In this document: piece after piece, positions 38,814 to 47,932 of the stretch | Layout: the number at the start of each line of letters is the position of its first letter | Position numbering within the stretch: position 1 is the first letter of the stretch | Source of the DNA: Desulfosudaceae bacterium | Lineage (GTDB): Bacteria > Desulfobacterota > Desulfobacteria > Desulfobacterales > Desulfosudaceae | Assembly (NCBI GenBank): GCA_963674745.2 | Contig: CAXXDV010000001.1 | Location: 1-64,000 of the forward strand | DNA length: 64,000 nucleotides | Direction: 5' to 3' | Translations under genes and position numbers: made by a program | Notes under the pieces: generated by a model | What the model was told of the DNA's origin: nothing | Seen by the model: only the letters and a program-made list of their open reading frames with translations | Databases searched by the model: none

Positions 38814-40193
38814 ATGGGTGCTTTAGAACAGAAAATTAAGGCCTTTGCCAAAAAACAGGGGGTGGCCATTGTCGGCATTGCCGGTCCGGACAGGCTTGAC
38901 GGGCCGCCGTCCCTTGACCCCACCTATACCATGAAAGGTGCCAGATCCATCGTATCGCTGGCGATTCCCATGGACACGGACGCGATCTACCAGTTTCTCG
39001 GCAAAAAATCCTACCAGCCGCACCTGACAGACCAGACCAGGCAAAACGCCCGGCTATACCGAATTGCCGCCTATATTGCCGGATACATTCAGTCGCTTGG
39101 GTACCGCGCCAGGGAAGTGCCTTCCAACAACTCATACCGGCGATCGCCTGACACTTTCGCGACCCACCCGAGTTTTTCCCACCGGTTCGGGGCCATTGCT
39201 TCCGGTATTGCCGCCCAGGGCTGGTCCGGCAATGTCATGACCGAAGAGTTCGGCGCGGCCATGTACCTGGGCACGGTCGTCACCGAGGCGGTCCTTGAAA
39301 GCGACAAGTCAAGATACGCGCCCCGCCACTTTATCGATGAATACTGCATCAAATGCCGAATGTGCGAAAAAACCTGCGTGGCCGGTATGTTTGAACCAAA
39401 AAACGAAGAGTATGTCCTTTTAAACGGCGAACTTCATCCGCGTGGCAAAAGGCGGAACATCGACCTGTGTAATGCCTCCTGTTTTGGTCTTCATTCCCTT
39501 TCCCGGGACAAAAAATGGACCACCTGGGGGACCCGGTGGATTGATGAATGGACAGAAAAAGAAGTCGACCCGGACCAAAAATTAAAATTGCGTTATACAT
39601 TGATGAAAGAAGGCGTTCTTTCCGGCGACTCCACCCCGAGGTACTCTTTGATCAGGCAGACCGCGGCGCTCCTGCAACCGGAAGAACTGATAGAAAGCCA
39701 TCTTGAAAGCGTCGCCCATGCTGGAAACGAAACCGAACGGTTCAAACGCCTGGGGCCGTTTATGGACAGATTGAATGTGGTCGGCAGAAAACTGCTCAAA
39801 AACGAGCGTATCCTGACCTGTGGCCAGTGCGCGCTGGTGTGCGGCCCGTCCATCGATGAATGCAGAAACCGGTATAACGCGCTTATGGAAGGGGGTTTTG
39901 TGGTTGATGGCCCCGATAATGAAGTAACAGTGGTCAAGACATATGAGGAAGCCTTAAAAATGCGGGCCCGTAATTCACCAAAAATCCCTTTAAAAGACCG
40001 GGTTAAAGATTTTATACTGTCCGGGGCCATGTGGCACGCCTACTACGGCGGTGTGGAGCCGAAATCCATGATCAGCGGTTTCGTTTATGACCGCAAGCTG
40101 AAAAAAGCCGTGACCGACCGCATAACCGGCCACTTTGATACATCGAAAAAGCGGCATGAAACAGCATCAGCGCTGGAGGACCTTGCCAATTAA
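38814..40193 (+). CDS. QueG/reductive-dehalogenase-fold 2x[4Fe-4S] protein 2, with C-terminal extension
   Basis: ARSIVSLA, SHRFGAIASGIAAQGWSGNVMTEEFG, VVTEAVLESD, CIKCRMCEKTC, C..CGQCALVC; AGGAG RBS. Confidence 0.78.
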   Translation: MGALEQKIKAFAKKQGVAIVGIAGPDRLDGPPSLDPTYTMKGARSIVSLAIPMDTDAIYQFLGKKSYQPHLTDQTRQNARLYRIAAYIAGYIQSLGYRAREVPSNNSYRRSPDTFATHPSFSHRFGAIASGIAAQGWSGNVMTEEFGAAMYLGTVVTEAVLESDKSRYAPRHFIDEYCIKCRMCEKTCVAGMFEPKNEEYVLLNGELHPRGKRRNIDLCNASCFGLHSLSRDKKWTTWGTRWIDEWTEKEVDPDQKLKLRYTLMKEGVLSGDSTPRYSLIRQTAALLQPEELIESHLESVAHAGNETERFKRLGPFMDRLNVVGRKLLKNERILTCGQCALVCGPSIDECRNRYNALMEGGFVVDGPDNEVTVVKTYEEALKMRARNSPKIPLKDRVKDFILSGAMWHAYYGGVEPKSMISGFVYDRKLKKAVTDRITGHFDTSKKRHETASALEDLAN

Positions 40194-40203
40194 AAAAAAT
40201 ATT

Positions 40204-40262
40204 GTAGGGGCGGCCACCCGTGGCCGCCCGATAGATGGGCCCCCACAGGGGGGTGCCCCTAC
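40204..40262. repeat. GTAG-type REP doublet
   Basis: GTAGGGGCGGCCACCCGTGGCCGCCC..GGGCCCCCACAGGGGGGTGCCCCTAC. Confidence 0.85.
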
Positions 40263-40313
40263 GTTAACACATGACCTGTGCCTGACCGGTATAGCCAAAC
40301 AAACGGAGCGTGT

Positions 40314-40832
40314 ATGAAAAAATCGAAAGATGAAATCCTGGATACGGCATTCAGTGCGGCCAAACAATACGAGATGAAAAGCGGTGGCTGCCCCCAGTGC
40401 ACGTTGGCGGGCATTTTCGATGCCCTGGAAATTGACAATGATGATATTTTCAAAGCCGCCACCGGTCTTGCCGATGGAATCGGCCTGTCCGGCAATGGTC
40501 ATTGCGGAGCGCTTTCCGGCGGCGTACTGGCCATCAGCTATCTTTTTGGAAGAGACAAAAAAGACTTTGGCGACATCATGAAACTGGTGGAAGCAAACCT
40601 TCTGGCCAAAAAACTGGTTGAGCGGTTTATGGAAAAATACGGGACCTGCCGGTGCGCCGACCTGCAGACCTCGTTTTTCGGTCGGTTTTTCAATCTGCTT
40701 GATCCGAATGATTTGCAGGCCGCCCTGGAAGCGGGCATGCTGGAAAGGTGCTCCTCACTGGTCGGGGAAGTCGCCCGGATGACCACCGAGATCATTCTTG
40801 AGGCACAGGAAAAAAAAGGAGTCCTCTCATGA
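40314..40832 (+). CDS. C-GCAxxG-C-C family putative redox protein
   Basis: GCPQC, GHCGALSGG, FMEKYGTCRC, ERCSSLV. Confidence 0.85.
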   Translation: MKKSKDEILDTAFSAAKQYEMKSGGCPQCTLAGIFDALEIDNDDIFKAATGLADGIGLSGNGHCGALSGGVLAISYLFGRDKKDFGDIMKLVEANLLAKKLVERFMEKYGTCRCADLQTSFFGRFFNLLDPNDLQAALEAGMLERCSSLVGEVARMTTEIILEAQEKKGVLS

Positions 40833-41929
40833 CAGAATCCGTTTATGTCAATCTCTGGAAAAAATTAAATGACGGCCCCCAGACCGCCCCGACGGATGCC
40901 AAAGGGAATCCCCAGCCTTCTTTTATAAAGCACCTTGAACTGTGCTACAGCCCGGAAGAGGCTGAACTGATTCAGCACATGGAACGCCCCGGGCGCTTTT
41001 TGTCGACTCAGGAGGTGGCTGATCGGGCCGGCAAAAAGCCTGAAGAGGTGGAAGCCATTTTGAGCGGCATTAATAAGAAAAACGGGCTTCTCGGGATGCC
41101 CGGTTTTTATTCACTTCCGCCCATGCCGATCATTTTTAATATCCACCAGTTCTATCCCGAAATAAAACCTGACGACCTTAAAGCCGCTGAACTTTATCAG
41201 GATTATTTCATCAAAGACAAATTTTACCGGTATTATGAAGGCTCTATGAAGGGGACACCGGTCTTTAGAACCATTCCTGTAGAAATGTCCATTGAGGCGG
41301 AACAGCGGGTATTGCCGGCCGAAGAAGCCCATGATTTTATCCTGAATCATGCGCCTGAAGAACTGGCGCTGGTTCCCTGCCCCTGCCGCACCCGCACGGA
41401 AAAAATGGGCATCCGTGAATGCAAAGACAAAAACCCGGTTGCCTCGTGTATCATGATGGGACCGGTAGCCCTTCATTTTGAAATGCTTGGCCTGGGCAAA
41501 CGGGTCACCCGCCGGGAAGCGGTCGCGTACTTTGATGAAATGCAGGAACTGGGTCTGGTGGGCCAGACAGACAATGCCTTGGCAGGTAACGCGATTATCT
41601 GCCTGTGCTGCGGCTGCTGTTGTTCCCAGTTGCGCGGCCGGACAAGATGGGGTAACATGTCTGCCATACTGCCGTCAAATTTTATTCCCGTGGCCGGGGA
41701 TGACTGTATACAATGCGGACTCTGTATGGAACGCTGCCCGTTCGGGGCCCTGGCCATGGATGAAGAGACCGAGCGCCCGGTTGTTTCGCCGGATAAATGC
41801 ATTGGCTGCGGCGTATGCACATTAACCTGTCCCCAGGAAACATTAAAATTGACCCGGCTTGAACGCTCCACACCTTTTAATACAGGAAAGGAAATGATTA
41901 AAACCATCGCCCTGGAAAACAGGGCATGA
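40829..41929 (+). CDS. Multi-Fe-S protein A (N-terminal HTH-like region, Cys-rich centre, 2x[4Fe-4S])
   Basis: CPCR..C..C, ICLCCGCCC, CIQCGLCMERCP, CIGCGVCTLTCP. Confidence 0.8.
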   Translation: MTESVYVNLWKKLNDGPQTAPTDAKGNPQPSFIKHLELCYSPEEAELIQHMERPGRFLSTQEVADRAGKKPEEVEAILSGINKKNGLLGMPGFYSLPPMPIIFNIHQFYPEIKPDDLKAAELYQDYFIKDKFYRYYEGSMKGTPVFRTIPVEMSIEAEQRVLPAEEAHDFILNHAPEELALVPCPCRTRTEKMGIRECKDKNPVASCIMMGPVALHFEMLGLGKRVTRREAVAYFDEMQELGLVGQTDNALAGNAIICLCCGCCCSQLRGRTRWGNMSAILPSNFIPVAGDDCIQCGLCMERCPFGALAMDEETERPVVSPDKCIGCGVCTLTCPQETLKLTRLERSTPFNTGKEMIKTIALENRA

Positions 41930-41951
41930 TACCCCTTAAAAGGAGAATAAA

Positions 41952-43019
41952 ATGGCAAGAGATATCTACAGAGAACTTCAGGAAAGGCTGGACCTTTTTT
42001 CCATTGGTTTTCCACCCGCGCCTTCCGGCGTGGAGATCACGATTTTAAAGCGACTGTTTTCAGAAGAAGACGCCGATCTCTTCCTTAAATTAACGCCCCT
42101 CCTGGAACCGGCTGAAAAGATAGCCGAGAATCTGGGATTGCCGGCAGAGGAGACCAAATCCAGGCTGGCGGACATGGCCGGCCGGGGCCTGCTGTTTTCC
42201 AAAACCAAGGGGGAGACAACGCTTTACGGGGCCACGCCATTTGTCCATGGGATCTTTGAATACCAGGTAAACCGGCTGGACAAGGAGCTGGCGGAATTAA
42301 TGAATCAATACGGCATGGAAGCTTTGGGCATTAACATGTTGCAGCACGGGGGCTCTTTTTTGCGGACCATTCCGGTAAATCAGGCCCTGGCCCCGGAAAA
42401 TCAGGTGGCCTCCTATGATGACGCCCGGGAAATTTTAAAAAGCAAACGCACTGTTGTGGTAACGGATTGTATCTGCCGTAAAAAACAGAACACGCTTGAC
42501 AAGGGCTGCGGCAAAGTCGTCGAGGCCTGCTTCATGTTTGATACCATGGCGGAATACTACCTGGCGCACGACCTGGGTCGCCAGGTCACCGTTGATGAGG
42601 CCATCAAAATCCTGGAAAAAGCCCGGGAACAGGGACTGGTTACCCAGCCGGCCACGGCCCAGAACCCTGACGGCATGTGCAATTGCTGCGGAGACTGTTG
42701 CGGCGTCCTTCAAGCCATTAATTTTCATCCCAAACCGTCAGAAATTGTCAGTTCCAATCATTATGCCGTTCTGGACCGTGATGCCTGCACCGGGTGCGAA
42801 ACCTGTATCGACCGGTGCCAGACCAACGCCCTGTCAATGGGTGAAGATGATCTGGCCGTCCTGAACCCGGACCGGTGCATCGGCTGCGGTCTGTGCGTTG
42901 TTACCTGCCCGTCTGAAGCCCTTACCCTTCAGACGAAATCAGCAGAAGACCAGTATCAGCTTCCCAAGGACGGCATGGAGCAGATGGTGGCATTGGCCCA
43001 GAAGCGGGGTGTTCTCTAA
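41952..43019 (+). CDS. Multi-Fe-S protein B, paralog of A
   Basis: CICR..C..C, MCNCCGDCC, CTGCETCIDRC, CIGCGLCVVTCP; both paralogs share RTIPV. Confidence 0.8.
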   Translation: MARDIYRELQERLDLFSIGFPPAPSGVEITILKRLFSEEDADLFLKLTPLLEPAEKIAENLGLPAEETKSRLADMAGRGLLFSKTKGETTLYGATPFVHGIFEYQVNRLDKELAELMNQYGMEALGINMLQHGGSFLRTIPVNQALAPENQVASYDDAREILKSKRTVVVTDCICRKKQNTLDKGCGKVVEACFMFDTMAEYYLAHDLGRQVTVDEAIKILEKAREQGLVTQPATAQNPDGMCNCCGDCCGVLQAINFHPKPSEIVSSNHYAVLDRDACTGCETCIDRCQTNALSMGEDDLAVLNPDRCIGCGLCVVTCPSEALTLQTKSAEDQYQLPKDGMEQMVALAQKRGVL

Positions 43020-43059
43020 CCGGCAAGGCCCAACAGCTCCCTGCGGAGACAGATGAACA

Positions 43060-44739
43060 ATGACGGTAAAAAACACAGACGTTCTGGTAATCGGTGCCGG
43101 TGGCGCCGGCATTTTTGCCGCTGTTAACGCATCCAAATCCGGGGCCGATGTTATCATTGTTTCCAAGGGACCGTCCGGTTACGGCGACACCCGCATATCG
43201 CTCGGCGCCATGTGCAAATCTCCTGATGGGTTACTTGATTCAAACAAAAAATTTGCCGGGGACATGATGGCCGGCGGCGGCTTCCTGAACAACGCCAGGC
43301 TCGTCAACATCCTCGTGGACGAAGCGACCGCTGCGGCCATTTCGCTGGAAAATTGCGGGCATATTTTTAAACGAAACCCTTCGGGAAAACTTGAAAACCC
43401 TTTCGGTAAATTCGGCGGTCACCGGTATAACCGTACGATCATAAGCCCGGCCTTTGGCGTTTCCATGGGCCAGGCAATGCGTTCAGGGCTGGCCAGATCA
43501 GGCGTTTCAGTACTTGAAGAAACGATATGCGCCGAGCTGATAGTCGCAGAAGGCGGCGTGGCCGGTGCTGTGGTTCTATGCATGAAGACCGGCGAAGTGG
43601 CGGCCATACTGGCAAAATCGGTCATTATGGCATCGGGCGGCGCCGGTGCCTTGTATTACCCCCATTCCGATTGCATGCCCTGCGTCACCGGCGACAGCTA
43701 CAGCCTTTCTCTGGGTGCCGGGGCCGAACTTGTCGATATGGAGCAGGTCCAGTTCCTTCCCTTTTCAATTACACATCCCAAATCCATGGAAGGGGTTATA
43801 TGCGGCGAGCATGCCATGGCAAGGCCTTTTGGCAAGCTTATTAACAACAAGGGAAAAGTTGTCCTGAAAAACTTTCATAATATGACCCGGGCGGAAGTTT
43901 CCAAAATAATGATCGAAGAAATCAAAAACGGCGGTGCTACCGAGCATGGCGGCCTTTTGTTTGACGTCAGCACAAATATGAAAATACCGGTATTGCGAAC
44001 CATATACAGAAATAAAATGAATGAAGCGGCCGCCCATTTTCTGGAAAACATTCGCAAAGCCTATGGCAAAGATGCCGCGGAATTCCGGGAGCCCTGGGAT
44101 GTCCTGCCCACGGCACACTACTTCATGGGCGGGATAATTACCGATGAATGCTGCCGGAGCCGTGTAGCAGGCCTGTATGCCTGCGGACAGGCCCAGGGCG
44201 GGGTAATGGGAGGGAACAGGCTGGGATCGACCTCTCTTACGGAGATTTTTGTTTTCGGCAAACGGGCGGGGATGACTGCCGCGAAAGAAGCGAACAGTCG
44301 CGGCCTCTGCAGCAAAGAGGCGGCGGCGGTTGCCGTGGAAAGGCTGAACAATCTTTTTGGCCGCAAAGGGAAAATCCCACCCATAAAATTAAAAAAACGA
44401 ATCCAGAAACTGATGTGGGCACATGCCGGTCCGCTGCGTGATGAGCAGGGACTCACTGCGGCTTACGATCTGCTGGCCGAAATCAAAAAGGACGCGGTGG
44501 ATCTGGGAACCGCTTCATTCAGGCGCTACAATACCCAGGTTGTTGATGCGATTGAGCTGTCGCACATGATCCCGGCGGCCGAGGCCATCATCATATCCGC
44601 GCTCGGGCGGAAAGAATCCCGGGGGGCCCATGTGCGGTCTGATTTCCCCGACACAAAAAAGACAATCACGCCCGGAAATGTTGTGGTGAGAAATATGGGC
44701 GGCAAACTTACGGCTGTTTTAAAAGAATCAACGTCATGA
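43060..44739 (+). CDS. Fumarate reductase/succinate dehydrogenase-family flavoprotein with atypical active site
   Basis: DVLVIGAGGAG, DMEQVQF, TAHYFMGG, GGNRLGSTSL, RKESRGAHVRSDFP; the covalent-FAD His motif is absent. Confidence 0.85.
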   Translation: MTVKNTDVLVIGAGGAGIFAAVNASKSGADVIIVSKGPSGYGDTRISLGAMCKSPDGLLDSNKKFAGDMMAGGGFLNNARLVNILVDEATAAAISLENCGHIFKRNPSGKLENPFGKFGGHRYNRTIISPAFGVSMGQAMRSGLARSGVSVLEETICAELIVAEGGVAGAVVLCMKTGEVAAILAKSVIMASGGAGALYYPHSDCMPCVTGDSYSLSLGAGAELVDMEQVQFLPFSITHPKSMEGVICGEHAMARPFGKLINNKGKVVLKNFHNMTRAEVSKIMIEEIKNGGATEHGGLLFDVSTNMKIPVLRTIYRNKMNEAAAHFLENIRKAYGKDAAEFREPWDVLPTAHYFMGGIITDECCRSRVAGLYACGQAQGGVMGGNRLGSTSLTEIFVFGKRAGMTAAKEANSRGLCSKEAAAVAVERLNNLFGRKGKIPPIKLKKRIQKLMWAHAGPLRDEQGLTAAYDLLAEIKKDAVDLGTASFRRYNTQVVDAIELSHMIPAAEAIIISALGRKESRGAHVRSDFPDTKKTITPGNVVVRNMGGKLTAVLKESTS

Positions 44740-45383
44740 ACATTACCATATCCATTCAGCGCTATAACCCGGAAACCGACGCCGGCCCAAAATGGGTCGA
44801 ATATTCCGTTCCCGCAGAAGAGGGGGCGACGGTGATGTCATGCCTCCAGCATATTTATGAAAATGACGATTCGACCCTGGCCTTCCGCCAGGGATGCCGG
44901 TTCCATTCCTGCGGGTTGTGCGCCCTGATGGTAAACGGAAAGCCGAAAATGGCCTGCGCCGCAAAAGCCAAAGATCAAATGAAAGTCGCCCCGCTTAAGG
45001 GGATGACCGTCGTTCGCGATCTGGTTACAGACAGAAGCGTTTTTTTCGAAAAGCTCCGCGAACTTGACATATTCATCCCCGAGCAGAAAGCGGCATCAAC
45101 TCCCGTAAAAATTTTTGAGCCAAAAGATCATGTGGATTTGTTAAAATGTCTGGAATGCCTGGCATGCAATGCCACTTGCCCCGAATTTGTCAGTAACAGC
45201 GATTCGTTTCCGGGGCCCTATATATTTGTCAAGCTGGCGCAACTGCATTTTGATCCGCGGGACGAAATCAACCGGAAACAACAGGCCGCCGAACTCGGTA
45301 TTCAAAAATGTGCTGATTGCAGTAAATGCACCTGCATAAACGGAATAGGAATTTACAAACAAGCGATTGATATACTGAAATGA
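44736..45383 (+). CDS. FrdB/SdhB-like iron-sulfur subunit
   Basis: CRFHSCGLC..C (2Fe-2S), VVRDLVTD, CLECLACNATCP, FPGP, CADCSKCTC. Confidence 0.85.
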   Translation: MNITISIQRYNPETDAGPKWVEYSVPAEEGATVMSCLQHIYENDDSTLAFRQGCRFHSCGLCALMVNGKPKMACAAKAKDQMKVAPLKGMTVVRDLVTDRSVFFEKLRELDIFIPEQKAASTPVKIFEPKDHVDLLKCLECLACNATCPEFVSNSDSFPGPYIFVKLAQLHFDPRDEINRKQQAAELGIQKCADCSKCTCINGIGIYKQAIDILK

Positions 45384-45415
45384 TTATTGTTCAACTTTCA
45401 TCATAAGGAGAACAC

Positions 45416-46444
45416 ATGGCCATTCGTCGTAAAATAAAAGACAGATACCGCCGGTTTCCTTATCTTTCAGATTTCGCGGGTATGAAAAGCGCCATCGGTG
45501 AAATGCGCGGGCTCGGCTTTCCCAAACAGCCGCCGCTGAATACGGCCTTATCGCCGCAGGACGACGTGCCGGTGCTTGACGAGCAATGGTTCATCGATGA
45601 AATAAAGCATAAAATCGCCACGCATCCTGAAAACTGCCTGGAGTTTCCCTATGCCACAGAACCCATATTCGATGAACCGCTGGTGGGGTTTGTCAGGGGC
45701 GATGATCCGATTTTTCAAAAGTTTAAATCCATCATCGGCCCTCACCATTATACACCCCAGGAAATCATGGCCTGGCAGGCGGAAAAAAACAATGTGCCCC
45801 CCCCGCCGGCCGAAGAGCTCTCGGTGGTCTCTTATGTCATGCCGATTACCCGGGCGACCAAACAGCAGAACGCCGAATGTACCGAATGGCCGGCAGAACG
45901 CTGGGCCCAGACCCGGTTGTCCGGCGAAATTTTCAGCCAGGAATTTACCCGGGAAATCGTTACCTTTCTGATGAACAAAGGGGTGCTGGCAATCGCACCT
46001 GATGTGACACCGTTGTTTAACAAAAAGCGCTACCCGGAGGTGGGCTGGGCCTCACCCTGGTCGCACCGGCACATTGCCTATGCCGCCGGCCTGGGCACCT
46101 TCGGCATGCACGATTTTCTGATTACGGAAAAAGGCTGCGCCCACCGGCTGGGCAGTTTCGTGGTCCACAAACCGCTTCAACCCAACCGGCAGCGACCTGA
46201 CGACATCCATGCCTATTGCCTTCAATACCAGGGAAAGCAGTGCCTCAAATGCGCCAGACGTTGTCCGGTCGGCGCCATCAGCAAAGAAAACGCCCATGAC
46301 AAGGAAAAATGCTATAAACATGTGGCCAGTTCGCTGAAGTACTGCCTGAAAAACTATCATATTTTCATTTACGGCTGCGGCATCTGCGCCACCAATGTCC
46401 CCTGTGAATCCGGGATTCCGGTTAAGAGGGAGACCGCAGGTTAA
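45416..46444 (+). CDS. QueG/reductive-dehalogenase-fold Fe-S protein 3 (distinct subfamily)
   Basis: WSHRHIAYAAGLGTFGMHDFLITEKGCAHRLGS, C..CLKCARRCPVGAI, C..CGICATNVPC. Confidence 0.75.
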   Translation: MAIRRKIKDRYRRFPYLSDFAGMKSAIGEMRGLGFPKQPPLNTALSPQDDVPVLDEQWFIDEIKHKIATHPENCLEFPYATEPIFDEPLVGFVRGDDPIFQKFKSIIGPHHYTPQEIMAWQAEKNNVPPPPAEELSVVSYVMPITRATKQQNAECTEWPAERWAQTRLSGEIFSQEFTREIVTFLMNKGVLAIAPDVTPLFNKKRYPEVGWASPWSHRHIAYAAGLGTFGMHDFLITEKGCAHRLGSFVVHKPLQPNRQRPDDIHAYCLQYQGKQCLKCARRCPVGAISKENAHDKEKCYKHVASSLKYCLKNYHIFIYGCGICATNVPCESGIPVKRETAG

Positions 46445-46490
46445 AAAAAACACCATTGCGCAACCAGCCTGTTATCAGGGTGACTACAAC

Positions 46491-47792
46491 ATGAACAGTA
46501 ACAGTGTGATCCCCGAACGTTTCCCCTCGGTGCTGATAGACCGGTTTGCCTGCGTCATGGAGCGCCATCTCGCTGACATGAAAATTCAGATGGAGATGGT
46601 ATTTGATCACAGGCTCGATCTGGACCGGCTGCAGCGGGCGTTTCGGCTTGCGCTGGATGCGGAACCTGTCCTCGGATGCCGTTTCGTGGACCGCCTACCA
46701 GAGTTGCACTGGCAAAGGCTGCCGCACATTGATCACGAACTCCTGGAACTGACAGATGACCTGGAGCGGTTCTCCGCCTTCCGTACACGTAAGATCAACC
46801 CGTTCGAAGGGCTACAGATTGAGGCGGCCGTTCTGCGTGAGGGAGAAGGTGACAGGCTTTTGATCAAATTAAGTCATCTGGTCGGAGATGCGGGCGGGAT
46901 TAAAGAAACTGTCGAATTGATTGCCGATATCTACAAAAGGCTGGAATACGATCCGGGTTATGTGCCCCGCTCAAACTGTTCAGGCAGCCGCTGTATGAGA
47001 CAGGTGGTCAAAAAGGTTCCCTGGCACGCTTACCCGCGAATACTCCGGAATGCCATGCAGGAATTGATATCCAACGGCCTGCCATCGACTACATTTGCCC
47101 TGCCGTCGCCAAATGGCCCTCGGGAAGGGCTTGATTACATTACAGTTGATTTACCAGATGAAAGGGTGGCCCGTATTGCTGCGTACAGCAGATCTTTCGG
47201 GGCCACTCTTAACGATATCCTCATAGCCGCGTTTTACAGGGCGGGAGTGGACACCGGGGAATGGGACGGCAGGAAGAAACTGAGGCTGATGACCACTGTC
47301 GATTTGAGACGCTGGTACATACCCGAGGGGCGGGGTGAGTCGATTGCCAACCTGAGCACGTTCGAGTTCGTAAATCTTGGACGGGATCTGGGGACCGATT
47401 TTGATGATACGCTGAAAAGAATTTCCCGTTTAACCGGCCGGAGGAAAAACAGCTGGATCGGTCTTAACATGAGTATTGTTCTCCCGGCACTTCTGGCATT
47501 ACCGCATGGCTGGCTCATGAAGGCACTTGAGAAAGTCGCTTCGGCGTTTATTATGAACGGAAAATTCATGCCGGCATTAACCAACATGGGGCCGATAGAA
47601 CCAGACCGGATACGTTTCGGGAAACCACCGCGACGGGCTTGGCTGCTGGCGCCGGCCCCTTATCCGCCAAATTTCGTTGCCGGAGTCACGGGCTATCGGG
47701 GGAGCCTGACACTCTCGGCCGGCGTCTACCCGGCAACAAGGAAAACGGCGGAAAAAATGTTCAAACGGATCCTTGACGAATTGCCGGAATAG
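46491..47792 (+). CDS. Stand-alone condensation-domain / CoA-dependent acyltransferase
   Basis: LDRLQRAF..EPVL, SHLVGDAGG (HxxxD), GATLNDIL, TVDLRR, LTNMG. Confidence 0.75.
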   Translation: MNSNSVIPERFPSVLIDRFACVMERHLADMKIQMEMVFDHRLDLDRLQRAFRLALDAEPVLGCRFVDRLPELHWQRLPHIDHELLELTDDLERFSAFRTRKINPFEGLQIEAAVLREGEGDRLLIKLSHLVGDAGGIKETVELIADIYKRLEYDPGYVPRSNCSGSRCMRQVVKKVPWHAYPRILRNAMQELISNGLPSTTFALPSPNGPREGLDYITVDLPDERVARIAAYSRSFGATLNDILIAAFYRAGVDTGEWDGRKKLRLMTTVDLRRWYIPEGRGESIANLSTFEFVNLGRDLGTDFDDTLKRISRLTGRRKNSWIGLNMSIVLPALLALPHGWLMKALEKVASAFIMNGKFMPALTNMGPIEPDRIRFGKPPRRAWLLAPAPYPPNFVAGVTGYRGSLTLSAGVYPATRKTAEKMFKRILDELPE

Positions 47793-47932
47793 ATCTTTTA
47801 ATAGTATATCATCCCGGTTACATCGAACGGGGCCGACTGCTTACTACCGCCTTTATAAGACTGTTCTAAAAAAAATAGCCCTGTTCAAAAGCAGATACAG
47901 CGGATATGTAACATATTGTTTATGGAAGGAAT

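Noticed and set aside
37730..40193. Calling these queG or respiratory rdhA
   Set aside because: No QueG DYH motif, no TAT leader, no RdhB anchor; only fold-level similarity is supportable.
43060..45383. Calling these sdhAB/frdAB or nadB
   Set aside because: Key dicarboxylate-binding residues and the covalent-FAD His differ, and there is no membrane anchor.
40314..45383. Selenocysteine (UGA) read-through in the redox genes
   Set aside because: Cys motifs are complete and the TGA stops fall at plausible C-termini or overlap the next start.
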